Assembly: GCA_002633005.1 (NCBI GenBank)
Contig: NMRA01000303.1
Span: forward strand, 59,064 to 123,063
Length of the DNA stretch: 64,000 nt
Origin: Phoronis australis
Lineage: Eukaryota > Animalia > Phoronida
Direction of reading: 5' to 3'
In this document: positions 11,076 to 23,181 of the stretch, in pieces
Layout: each line of letters opens with the position of its first letter
Numbering within the stretch: position 1 is the stretch's first letter
Position numbers and translations under genes: made by a program
The notes under the pieces: generated by a model
What the model was told of the DNA's origin: nothing
Seen by the model: only the letters and a program-made list of their open reading frames with translations
Databases searched by the model: none

Positions 11076-12273
11076 CCTTTTGTCCATCTGACGTCACACG
11101 CATGCTGGCGCCCCCAGTGGAGCTGTCATGAGAATTAACGAACCAAGTTAACCACTGATTTAGCCTATTACGGACGTTACTGAAGTAGCATTGGACGAGT
11201 CACAGATAGATTTGTAACAAATAATTCTCTGTATGGTGACTTTCGGCAATCCTCAAAATTTAAGATTTAAGAATGTATTTGTGATATGTTACAAAGTGAA
11301 TTCTGAGGTTGCGGCATGATAATTTGCTCGGTTGAGTGTCTGAATTCCTGCGTCCGCTGTAGTGGCGAAGGGCCACGTTACAAGTATGCAGAGGTTGTGT
11401 TTAGGTGCCAGCTTCTCATTTGCTTTGCGGCAGTAATAAGATGTCTGTTTTCTGTGAGTCGGGATCTGTGGCCGAGCATTCGGTTATTTCATTTTCTTTA
11501 AAATTTTGAAAGTTAAAACGGTAAGTTTTTCTCAAAATCGACTCACATTTGCCAAAGATTCGCCTACACATCCGTAAATAGTTCCAATAAAGACCAGAAC
11601 TCTCTGTGGTCAGGCATACAAATGTTGTCATCACCCTGAGTCGAGTTACGTACAGTTGTGTAAACAAACTGGGCACTGGTATCCTAATTGACCTACCCTA
11701 GTGTAGGGAGCCTGCAATATTCTGCCGACTATTATCAATTTCAATAAAAAGATGTTATATTTTCCCAAAACCCGGCTACAGCAATTTTTAGGCAGGTTAT
11801 TCTTGCATGATTTTTTAAGTGACTAAATTATTTTAATTGAATGGTATGAAAAAGTTCAGCACTTGATACGCTAAATAGTATCATGTGGTTCTCTGGCATA
11901 ACCAGAACTATGGACATAAGTTGCTCGAAAACTCCGTTAAAAAACACCGGCCCCTCGCCATAGCCGGCAACGTTCCGCAAGTTCACACTCCTGAGGCTGA
12001 TAACCATCAATATGACATTTACAATTATCTACTTGAAGTTAATATTATATATCACTCATCTTTTCGGACATAACGTTTCTACAAAAACAACGACTCAACG
12101 TCCTGCAATACAAATCGGTTGAACTGTCATGCTCCATTGGCCACAAGGCTTTCTAGTACAAAGAAGTGCTGTACTTGCACTCCTTCTTTGTTTTCACTAA
12201 CTGGTCCATGAACTCTGTTCGTTGACCTCCACTAGGGGCGCCAGCGTGCATGTGACGTCAGGTAGACAAAATG
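11076..12273. mobile_element. Element bounded by ~45-bp inverted repeats
   Basis: TTTTGTCCATCTGACGTCACACGCATGCTGGCGCCCCCAGTGGAG versus CTCCACTAGGGGCGCCAGCGTGCATGTGACGTCAGGTAGACAAAA; exact termini uncertain. Confidence 0.5.
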
Positions 12274-12986
12274 GTCTTGGTGAGAAAAGGAGGCACTGAA
12301 GAGTTCTCACAGGGGTTTGCCTATCAGAACACACGTCAATGGACTCTTCGCCCTTTCTTCATTCTGTAAAAAAATGCATGCAAATAAAGAAAAGTTTTGA
12401 GTCATTTCACATCACAAGTCCTACAGACAAGCACGGAAACTTTATTCTCTCTTGTATTTTTGACCCTTTCACTCCTAGTGGAAACCAAGTCAGACCGGCT
12501 AAGAAAAATAACGGCAAAAAATGCAAAATCGGCACTTTTCGCCCCAAAACCAGCACTTCCCTGCAGATGCTCGACTAAAGCCAACATTAGATTCTGAAAG
12601 CAAATTTCCTACCGATTCCAAAAATGTGGTCCAAAAGTACTGTCAACCAACTAGTTTTTGCACTGAAATCTGGCTTGTATGAGGGCTACCTGAAATCGCG
12701 GCCAATTTCTCAGTTGCTATTCACAGCAATGCACAATTGCAACAGGGGGCCGCCATCTTGAAGAAGAGTGTAGCTACAGCCGAGAAAGTGGCCTTTTTTC
12801 ATTCTCAGTATGTTCACAAATACAAACAAATCACATTCACTAAGTCTACATGCAGTGCCTACTGACAAAATGCCCCCATAACTTGGCCTACCCCAAAATT
12901 TTAATATTTTGGCCGCTGCCACAGCCTATCTGTAGGCCGCGGCCACAGCCTAACTGTTCAGTGCCACCCAAGTAGCTAGCTATTAA

Positions 12987-14306
12987 AGGCGAAGGCAACC
13001 TTTTTTCATGTCATTTTTAGCAAAAATATGGGTCATTGATTATCTAGACATATTTTTCACTTAGTGACAGCTTTTCGTAATATAATTAATTACTCGTCGT
13101 CTACTCCGGAAGTGACGTTTTGGGAGGCAAGAATTTCGCGGCAATTTCTTTTCATACAGTGTGACTGTGAGAGCAGTCGAGTCAGTCATTGTTCTACCTC
13201 GGTTGTGATAAGTTCGGTCGTTGTTTGCTTTTGTTTACGAGTCAGTCAACATAACACGCTGTTGCTGCCTACCGAAAAGTACTCATTATCGTCTCACGTA
13301 CAGAGGAAGAACTGTCCCACTTGACCGAGTGTCCCGCGACACACTCCCAGTGGCTGGTGACTTGAGCACCCAAACTGCTTACATCCCGCCTTACGACTCC
13401 CTCGTCAGACACGTGGCACCTTCTAAATAGCTCCAATGATATAAGTCCACAATAAACTTATCAAACTTAGGCTCACCGATCTGTTCATTGGATGACGAAC
13501 TATCCTTTTCAATGGGTGTCAAAATGGGCCTGTATTCACTCCCACTACTCAACATCGCTGCAGGGCTGCTTACAGGCTCTGGACTAGAGACAACAGCACA
13601 CGGCGAAGCACTGCTAGTTCCTGGAATTGCACGCTATGGGGTACGTTCGGAGGCATGGGTGACAGTAGATGAAGTGCCTCCAGTCACTGTTTACAGTGGC
13701 CACAGCTCGCGAGGCTTCTCGCTTCAAAAACGCACTTCTCGGGGGTGGCGACGGGGTACTGCCGGGAATCAATAGCGACGGTATGGAACCCTTCTTCAGG
13801 CGTTGTTTCGCAGGGACCTTCATCAATTTAGCGTACATATCTCTGTCGTAATCTGACGGCTGAAAATGCTTGCCACTGCTTTGTACGTTGCGTGAACGGG
13901 TAGCGCTGCGTTCTTCTTCACACGAACGAGCTAGCCAAGTACGGCGAAGTGTGTCATCCTTCGGAAAGCGATGCAAGGTACCCAAAGCGCGCGTGAGACG
14001 ATATAATGAGTACATCCTGGTACACAGCAACAGTGCAGCATGTTGACTGACTCGTAAACAAAAGCAAACGACGACCGAACTTATGACATCCGAGGTAGAA
14101 CAATGATTGACTTGACAGCTCTTACAATCTGACTGTATGAAAAGAAATTGGCGCGAAATTCTTGCCTCCTAAAACGTCACTTCCGGAGTAGAGGACGAGA
14201 AATTAATTAAATTACGAAAAGTTGTAATTAAGTGAAAAATATGTCTGGGATAATCAACAGACCTTATTTTTGCTAAAAGTGACATGAAAAAAGGTTGCCT
14301 TCGCCT
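12987..14306. mobile_element. Kolobok-like non-autonomous transposon with ~270-bp TIRs
   Basis: TTAA TSD (12983-12986 and 14307-14310); ends AGGCGAAGGCAACCTTTTTTCATGTCA / TGACATGAAAAAAGGTTGCCTTCGCCT. Confidence 0.88.
13614..14041 (-). pseudogene. THAP-domain ORF, frameshifted
   Basis: ATG at 14041: MLHCCCVPGCTHY, then a frameshift to TLHRFPKDDTLRRTW...SGKHFQPSDY...LKKGSIPSL; THAP signature C-x-C, FP, W, HF and an AVPT-like box; third Cys lost. Confidence 0.8.
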
Positions 14307-15067
14307 TTAACGTATGCCATCCTGACGTGCGTTCAGTAGATGCTAGGACCTAAGCTAGGACCTAGCTAAAACTAGTCAAAGTCACGTGTTCTCATTTAAA
14401 ATACACAGCAATATCTCACGTAATCTCGCGAAGCCTTGCTTTTTAGCGAGGTCCTAGCGTTGAACGGGAGGCTGCTTAATCTCAAGATTAAGCGGAAGTG
14501 AGTGTTGCGTAAACTTGGAATTCTAAGATCACGCAAGTAATATTGAGATTGAGCAATCTGCCTGATCCCGTACGTGAACTTGGAATATTGCGTGAACTTC
14601 GAATTAAGCGGCTGCCTGACACCATAGATTATGACACCCAGGCACAGAAGAAGGCGCTTGGGATGAAATCATTACTGAACCGGTAGGCTACGGGGAGAAG
14701 AGAGTTAAAAAAATAGAGGTAAAGCACCCGTGGCCTGTTCATGAGTATTGCATGGCTAGTACCGAGAGACTCAGAATAAAAAAATCATTTAAGGACTAAT
14801 GCGATTACATGTTTCCTCTGTAGATGTACCGGGCATTCAAGGTCATAAACCTACATGACTACGGTGACCATTTCAGTCGTATTATTTTCTGTGTTGTTGC
14901 CTATTCCTATATAAAAATGAAGCTTTGTTTGAAATTCAGTAGTGTCTGGTTCATGTCAAGTGCTGAACTAAACATTCACAAACTGGTTGCAATACATTTT
15001 AAATACATTTTCTATTAATTTCGGAAGAGTTCTGAGTGAGCGCATTAGGATTTTTTGTACCCAATTC

Positions 15068-15367
15068 CAAGTTTAAGCAAGCCACGCCCTTGCTTAAACT
15101 TGGAAAAATTCAATTTATTCTTTACAAAAAAACGTGTGGTGAACAAAATATTTTCTGAATAGTTTCAGTATATTGTAAATGCGTTTTCTATTACTTTTGA
15201 AACACCTACGAATGCAGTCGCAGTTGTTTCCTACCCGGCAAATTACAAATTTAAGCAAGCCACGCACTTTCTTAAACTTAATTAAACTTCTTCTTTTCAA
15301 AAAACCGTGTGGTGAACTAAACATTCTCTGAATGGTGGCAACATATTGTAAATGCGTTTTCTATTAC
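15068..15367. repeat. Imperfect ~180-bp tandem duplication, each unit starting with a hairpin
   Basis: AAGTTTAAGCAAGCCACGCCCTTGCTTAAACTT ... ATATTGTAAATGCGTTTTCTATTACT occurs twice. Confidence 0.6.
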
Positions 15368-16139
15368 TGCTCTCAAGAGTAGTTCGTAAAACTTTTTCTG
15401 TGTTCTCAGCTGCTCGCACGACCACACCGATTTCGCTCGTTACACTCAGTTTCCAAAAGCCCTTTAACTATTTATGGTTACAATTTTCTGATTGCGGGAA
15501 CTGTTTAGCCAGTCTGGACCCACTGTCACTCCAACCCTGTTGCTTCTGCTGTACTTGTTTAGGCGTCACTTTTCTTGCTCTCCGTGTATGAAATCAAGTT
15601 TTTCTGTAATCAGTTTTGTGAGGAAACCTTTCCTCAGGAGAAGAGTGTTCTGACCTTTTCTACCCATTTTATTGATGACAGAGCCACCAGGAAAATACGT
15701 CTGCACCGATTCTACCTACAACTGTGTGCTGTCATTGAAACCCACGTGACAGTTACATTGAAACACTTCAATAGTTGCTTTGTTGGGTTAACCCAGCTCA
15801 ACACAGTGGGGTGCTCCCTGTAAACAAGAGCTGCGTGGAGCGTTAAAATGCACCAACGACTGCAATGAAATTCCAGTAGTGTTTAATGTAAAAATAGCCA
15901 TTGAACTGCACAGAATACATTGAACCTATACAAAGCAAGGTGTCTTCTTTTCTCTAAGAACACAAAAATCCGCAAAGGAACTCTAAAGATAGAGACAGGC
16001 GTCACTCATTTCTTTTTGAGAGAAAAAAAGCTCCATTCGGAGGCACAACAGTGGTTCAATTGTTGTCGAGTTTAAAATAGGACTACACAAGCCAAATTGT
16101 GACCTTGGAAAGGGTTAAGTAGATATGAACAAGGATGTC

Positions 16140-16971
16140 AACAAGAGCAACGCGGTGCGTTGAAATGCGCCCACGATAGCACTGCAAAAGGTGTGCTTCA
16201 ATGAGTATTTTTAGAATTATAAGAATGTCCATTAGATTCTGCATATTGCATCAAACACATCCGAATTGAGGACGAAGCGTCATCTCTGCAAAACATAACT
16301 ATTTGCCAAATTTCACGAAAATATAGTAACGAAATCCTAAGATATAGAGGCAAACGTAAAAAAACAGTTGGCATAAGGGGCCACAGCTATAGTCCGATTT
16401 GTCTGTAACTCGTCATCTCTTACCATAAGGGGCGACACAGCAGTCAGACACATTTGAAAGTCAATATCAGTCATGGCCTTCTCATCAGCAACACATCTGT
16501 GAATTTTCATAATGATCCTTTGAGTTGTATGGCAGATAGAAAAGCCGACGACAGAAAACGGACACAAAAATATCCGCAAGGTGGCGTAAAATTTGTCAAA
16601 TCCCTCCAAAAACGGAAGGCCATAATCACCTCCATATTAAAAGCCTTTCTGCCAAATTTCATGAAAATTTGTCAATAAACTCCGAAGATAAAAACTAAAA
16701 TTGCCACAAGAGGGCACAGCGGTATTCTGATTGGTACGAAACTCAATGTCAGCCACGTAGGAACACAACTGCCAAATTTCAGTATTCTTTGCAAGAGGTT
16801 TAGGAGATACAGTCGCGGACGCCCAAACAGAGATTACACATTTTGGTGCATACAGAAGCAGAGGACAACAAATAGACTAAAAACTAATTAAAATGGCAGC
16901 AGACCAGATGCTGGATGCCAAGATGAAGATGACGTCACTACGCACTGACATATAAATATGTGGGTGCAATA
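16140..16971 (+). mobile_element. Helentron/HINE-like non-autonomous element (copy 1, diverged)
   Basis: Start AACAAGAGCAACGCGG..TTGAAATGCGCCCAC; end ATAAATATGTGGGTGCAAT; internal ~150-bp monomers; same termini as the copies at 49011 and 55848. Confidence 0.75.
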
Positions 16972-17062
16972 CATAGTAAATAAGTTGATACTGTCACAAT
17001 ACATAGTAAATAAGTTGATACTGTCACAATACATAGTAAATAAGTTGATACTGTCACAATAC
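16967..17062. repeat. 30-bp tandem repeat, 3 copies
   Basis: CAATACATAGTAAATAAGTTGATACTGTCA repeated; abuts the 3' end of HINE copy 1. Confidence 0.9.
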
Positions 17063-18324
17063 AGTCTGCCCAGAGTTTAATTCACAAGGAAAATGTTAAA
17101 ATTTTAAGAATAATAAGCAAGAATTATTAATCTTTACACATCCCATATTTTGGTGGCATCAGATGATACATACTTAGGCCTACATCTAAAATGTTCTCTG
17201 TTCCCACAAAGGTTTGAACCCAGGACTTTCTGCTAACCTGTTAGCCAACACGTGATGTGCTCAATATATGGCATGTGTGAAGACCAATAGTTATACGACA
17301 TCATTGCATTGCCCAGTAAAAGAATAATTAATGTTCAATTATCAGGTTAAGGTCATGCGAGATCCTGGACAAATGTCCAAACTTAGTAAAGTTGAAAACA
17401 CATCTCGCAAGTGGCTTATAGGATTCCAATGAAAACCTTCAGATCTTGTACGTTATGAACTTTCCATTTTACACTTGGAATCAGTATAATGCTTAGGACA
17501 CTTCGTACACCATTCACTCTCAGACTGATCATACAAATGTCAAGAATTCGTTGGCTAGTAGCATTTATGGTGATTCATTAATTGGCAAGTAGTGGTGATT
17601 CATTGGCAAGTACCATTTATGGTGATTCATTGGCAAGCAGCTTCAGATGCTGTAACAGCAATGAAATGGGCTCCTACAACCTTGGCTAATCTGTTGATAC
17701 AGTGCACAGTAGCACCAATGGTTATCACAGATGCTGTGTAAGCGATAAAGATGTTCTCTAGTATCTGCAGTCTGTGAGACCAGTTGTGTGTCCCTGTAGT
17801 AGCTTGAACATGCTCTGTCAACTGAGGGCGACTCCTCCTCTTATCCGTGACTTTCTGGAACACAGTAAGTTGCTTAGCACCTGTTTAAAATGAATAGAAT
17901 AGTTTAAATTCCATTTATTCAAACACGACAATAATACATACGAAACTCTTCAATCAAAAATACTCATTACAGACAAAATTGTTTTCACGTTGACGTGCAT
18001 AATACCTGTGACTAACACATATACAACAAACTTTGAAAAGTGAACAATGATCGAGATTTATTGTCAGTAGGTGAATGTTGGATCTGTAAGAAAATCAAGT
18101 AAATGGAAATTTTATTTTTCTCTGTTTCCACATTGTGACAATGATAACTTATTTGTCAGCAGATTCAAACAAGATCACCCATCACATTCAAGTATTTTAT
18201 GTACTATAGACAATTAAATACAACATAAAAAGAAAGAGTTGATGGAACAAACACTTTCCTGATAGAAGTCAACAAGGACAGTGACACCTGCATAAAAAGC
18301 TGAAAATCTTGCATAACAAACTTG

Positions 18325-18882
18325 AACAAGAGCAACGCGGAGAGTTGAAATAGGCCCACGAATGCATCGCAAATGGTGTGCTTTTAGGATTATTTATTTG
18401 TATCATAAAAATGGCCACAAGATGGCGCGAAAACGTAAAATCCATCCAAAAACGGGAACGTGCCATATTTCATAAAACTCTGTCAAAGAACATCAGAGAA
18501 ACAAAGGAAAGCAGAAAAAAGTGAAATTGCCACTAGTGAGCACAGCGACCGTTTGATCTGCTTGAAAGTCGTCTGTTATCTTCATGTAAATCCACTTACT
18601 AAATTAAAGATCTTGCAGTGGGTTTTGGAGATACAGCTATGTGCGAAAAACAAAAAACAAAACTACCACTAGGAGGCGCCACAGTAGTCATTCGCCATCA
18701 TCAAATGTCCTCTTCACACTGAAAACATATACGCCAAAGTTCACAACCATCCTCAGAATGATTTGGTTGATAGAGGGGTGGACGCCAAAAACAAGATTTT
18801 AAAACACCAAAAACGGCCACTAGGTGGCACAAAATACCTCGATTCCAACAACTGGAATCAAATTTGGACGTAATTTGATCCA
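18325..18882 (+). mobile_element. Helentron/HINE-like element (copy 2, 3'-truncated)
   Basis: Start AACAAGAGCAACGCGGAGAGTTGAAATAGGCCCAC; internal monomers with CCACTAGGAGGCGCC and GCCACTAGGTGGCAC. Confidence 0.75.
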
Positions 18883-21800
18883 TAATTATAGACTAACGTT
18901 CTCGCCATACCGTGACTAATATGCTTACAATCACCGCCCTTCCTTATGAGCGGCTTTCACGAGGATCAAAGAGAGTGTGGCGCCCGTGTCGGATACGGTT
19001 GTGTTGACCGCATTGTCCTGCGCGAGCAAGACCCAATTAAGTGTAACTACCCGACCATAAACTGTCGTAGTCATCACTGCCTGTACATAATGGCGAATTT
19101 TCAAAATGCATTATTAAATAATGTTTGTTAAAATCAAATACCACTGCGGTATTCAGCTGGAAAAACAACAACATAAAAGCTAAAAATTACAAACATTGGG
19201 TACGATTGAAGATAAACGACCAAGCGCATCAATAAAATCGGGGGATTTACAAACGCTGTTCAGAGTTAAAAATATATCACATAGATTATTCTTTTAATAT
19301 TCTTTCAATCTCGTTTAACCAGATTTTTGAATAGGAAACAGTTGTATTTAACTTGTGCCCACTCTAGACTTTTACGGCTGAAAAAAAGCTAGAATAGTTA
19401 TGTAGTTAGTACATCCGAAATCGCCCAGAGATTCCAAATATTGAGTTTGGCTATCACCATTTGTACTTTTGTATATATTTCACGATTTGAGTTCTACTAA
19501 TGACACGTGTAGTTTTGTTCGCTGTGAAATGTTTAATGTAGCTGTAATCTGGAAAGTTCAGGGATGGGTTCACAATTAGCTAAACTAATTAAGTTTCGCT
19601 GGCGATCAAATCTACTACTGTTTTTGGTACTTCAAGTTTAAAAATAAAATAAAAAGATATCAACCCGTTCCTGGTAAGGAAAAAAAACACGAGTATTAAA
19701 ATTAAATAACAAAAACCGGTAGGAAACATTTAAAACCATCGTTCCTTTGGAAAGCTGCCTATGGTCAAGATACACAAATTAACTTTTTTAGTCATTTTGT
19801 AATATTTAAAATGTACCAAGTTAAAACTGCTCTCTACAGTTGCAGGCTGTATCTTTGTGCAAATGCCATAGAAACCAATTTGGGTGTACTAATAACCATC
19901 TTTTTTTAAAACAGTAGTGCTAGTTATTACCTTTCGAGTTCATTAGCTCAGATCTACGTCAATACAATGGGCGAGCTGAATAGCCATCATAAAAGTTGTC
20001 TGGGGCCAAGGGAATCTGAGCGGTGACCAGTTTAAGCGAGAAGTTCTCCACATGGCGTTAGGCCTACCTACTGCTAATTTTTTAAATCAGGCTTTTTTAA
20101 CTGAGTGATTACACCTCATCACATACCCCGATGGAAAAATTTAGTCAGAGAATGGCTTGACGTAATTTTTCATCTGATAGTATTTTTGTTAAAAGTTGCT
20201 TACATCGCTGGAAATGGGAACAGCCCACTATTGCGCCAGTTCACTATTTCGAAGGTTCGCCAGTGGCGTATCTATGATATCACAAGGGGGGGCAACATTT
20301 TGTCTGAAAACATTTATGCAAAGCACGATTAGATGCGCATAGCACCGAATGGGGGGAGGTCGGGAGGAGGGTTCCCCCCCTCCCGCCCAGGAAAGTTTTT
20401 CTGTTTTTTCCTCTAAAAATCAAGCATTTTCCGTGATTCCTGAAGTATTATCCAAGAAAAAAGGCAAAGAAAAAGAAAAAGAAAGAAAAAAAATCAGACA
20501 ACGTGTCACACATGAAATTTTGCAATTATGAAAAACTCGAATTCACCACCTGGCGGATAGAGCGCGCGCGCTTTACCACTGCACCACCACGACTTCATTA
20601 ATAATTTGATAATTAGAGACCTACATGTACTTGTTTATGGTCCACAGCGTTTGCGCGCGAAACCTACTTCTTTCTGTAATGTTTATTACACTTTTTTATA
20701 TTTTGTGCAATCAGTTCGTAACAAATATGTTGTATTTAAAATAGTTTTCAATTACACAAAAGACCAATCCGTTTTTTGTGTTGGCATTAATGACGCAATT
20801 GGCTTTGGAAATCGTCTTAAGTTAAGGTTTGACAAAGAGAGAATTATGAGTTTCTGAGTGATTCACTAAGGTTTCTATTGAAATTCACATCATACCAGCA
20901 GCTTCTGGTTTTTCATCGTCTCTCAGATTCCATTTTCTTTAAAAAATGAAGTAATTTTCTTCATTGCACAGTGAAGCAGACGACGGAAACGGAGTCGTAA
21001 TGCGCAGCGCCACAGCCGGTCGCCTGGGATATAGCGGGAGATCTTATACTTAGCCATAGTTTCGTTACGATTGAGCCGTGTTCCGATATTTGACACTTGA
21101 AATTGGATCTGAGCCCCCNCAATAAATCCGCCAATGTTCACTACTTCAAAGGTTCACCACTCCGAAGGTTGACTTCTCCGAAAATGTCTAACATTTCTGA
21201 ATCAGGTGTAATTGCTGTACCTTTACATGCAAAAATAAGCGACACTTCGGTTATTAGATGCAACTATGCCGACAACGATACACCCGGCTAATAAATCGCT
21301 TTGTTTGGATTCCAGGTGCACGTGAAATTGCCCGCATGGTCTTACGAATACAGCCAAAAAAGTACGTACTTGCATTTATAAAAGAATATGAAGTAGGAAT
21401 GTTGAGGAATTATCGACCACGATACTTTCATTAATCTCATGTCAAGGTCGCATCATCTCACAGCACGACAGAAAAGTTTATGAGCCTGCCGCTTCAACCT
21501 CCCCAACCGGAACGCCTCGCACGGCCGGGGTCGAAACTAACGACTCACCCACCCATCACAGACCACTCCTAGTTTATAAATGGAAAGCCCGGAATAACCG
21601 AGAAATTGGGCAAAAAAACAGAAACAATAACTCACGATAAACTCATATCCACCGTTCGACTCACGGCGAAATTTTAGATGTTGCAAATGCTGCGTGGACT
21701 GTAAATCCACTTGGCTGATTGAAAGTTTTTTGATAATTAAGTTAATTATGCACTGCAAATTCGTGTGACATTGTGTGGGAATATTGAAATAGTCAAGACT

Positions 21801-22833
21801 CCTACGGGGTGTATAAGTTTTATTGCCCAAGAACAAGTTTTCACCGAACAATTAACCGAAGTCCTTGAGATTTTCACGTCTCGCCACATAATCGGCTTTT
21901 TCTCGGCTTCGGCAAATTGACTTTATTTGAACTTAGGAACACGATTTCTCGAAACTGCTCGGTGGATTTCGTTGAAACTTTCCAAATTTATTATTTAGTC
22001 ATCAATCTCAAAAACACTGTTAGGATTTTAGATATAAAGGTCTAGATTTTGCGTAATGTAACAAAGACGAACACGACCTCTATTTTTTACAAATATACCT
22101 TGCTTTTTGCGAGTTGATTTGCAATAAAAATCAAACGAAAAGGTTAACCGAAAATTCCTAACAGCGTTTTTGAGGTTACTAGTAAAGTTTTCATATAAAA
22201 AGGTTTCATTAAAATAGATCGAAGGGTTACTTTGCTATGAATCTAGGACCAATATGTATATTACTCCCAGCTATGAATTCTGAGAAATAAATTTTTGAAT
22301 TTAAAAAGTTTTTTACGTAAAAATAGTAATGGTATATTAATACAAAAAGTATTTTCATACTCCCTAATCTTTTTTCTTTCAGAAAATATATACTTTTACT
22401 AGTTGACAAAGCTTAGTTTTTTTGATATACGAGTTAGAATAGAGGCCACTAAATAAGGTTTGAAGTAGCCTTAATCTCAAGATGACTTGCATGAACTTGG
22501 AATAGAAATTTACTCCAAGTTCACTCAAGATTCCAAGTTTTGAAGTTCAACATTTATCTCATTGGTGAAACCAAAAACGCTAACGGTCTCTGGTGATACC
22601 TCGCTGCCCCTACGTACCTAGCCAGCACGTGCTGGCTACCGACCACCTAGCGGCACGCAGGGAACTAACGAGGGGGTCTCGTAAGACTTGTTGCGACGTC
22701 TTGCGAGAAAATAATTGTTAGCTGCTTCGTGTTGCAAAGTAGTCGCTTATTTGTAATTCGTTCTCTTTGGCCTTATGCCTTCTGAAATAGCGCTTCGTCA
22801 CTTGCCTGACTTGACGAACAACGATTTTACCAT

Positions 22834-23181
22834 ATGAAGTCGTTTGCAGCAATTTGGAAGCGCAAAGTGGCCAAGAATGTGTACTGCACAAAGAACGTGA
22901 AAAACTGCACAACGTGGTCGTCGTGGTCCGAAATGGTGGCGACTTTTAAGTTGAAGAAGTCGGCCCAAAGCCAAAAACCATACACCGTCGTGTCGCCGGG
23001 ACGCGTGAGTCCCCTCAAACCTGTTCCGTTTCACATAAACAAACCTCTATATGCAACAAATAGCTCTGTCTTGCCTGTTCCAATAGAACCCGAGATAAAG
23101 ACTGCTGAACAAATCGACTGCATGAGAAACGCGTGTCGAATAGCCCGCCATGTTTTGAATGAAGTTTCAAGTCAATTGAAG
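22834..23181 (+). CDS. METAP1D: METAP1D exon 1 (transit peptide-like region to [15 protein letters not shown])
   Basis: ATG at 22834; donor AAG|GTACAG; [11 protein letters not shown] motif. Confidence 0.88.

Noticed and set aside
21300-22474. TTAA-ended element upstream of METAP1D (right end GTTTGAAGTAGCCTTAA)
   Set aside because: Matching left terminus not found; boundaries unsupported
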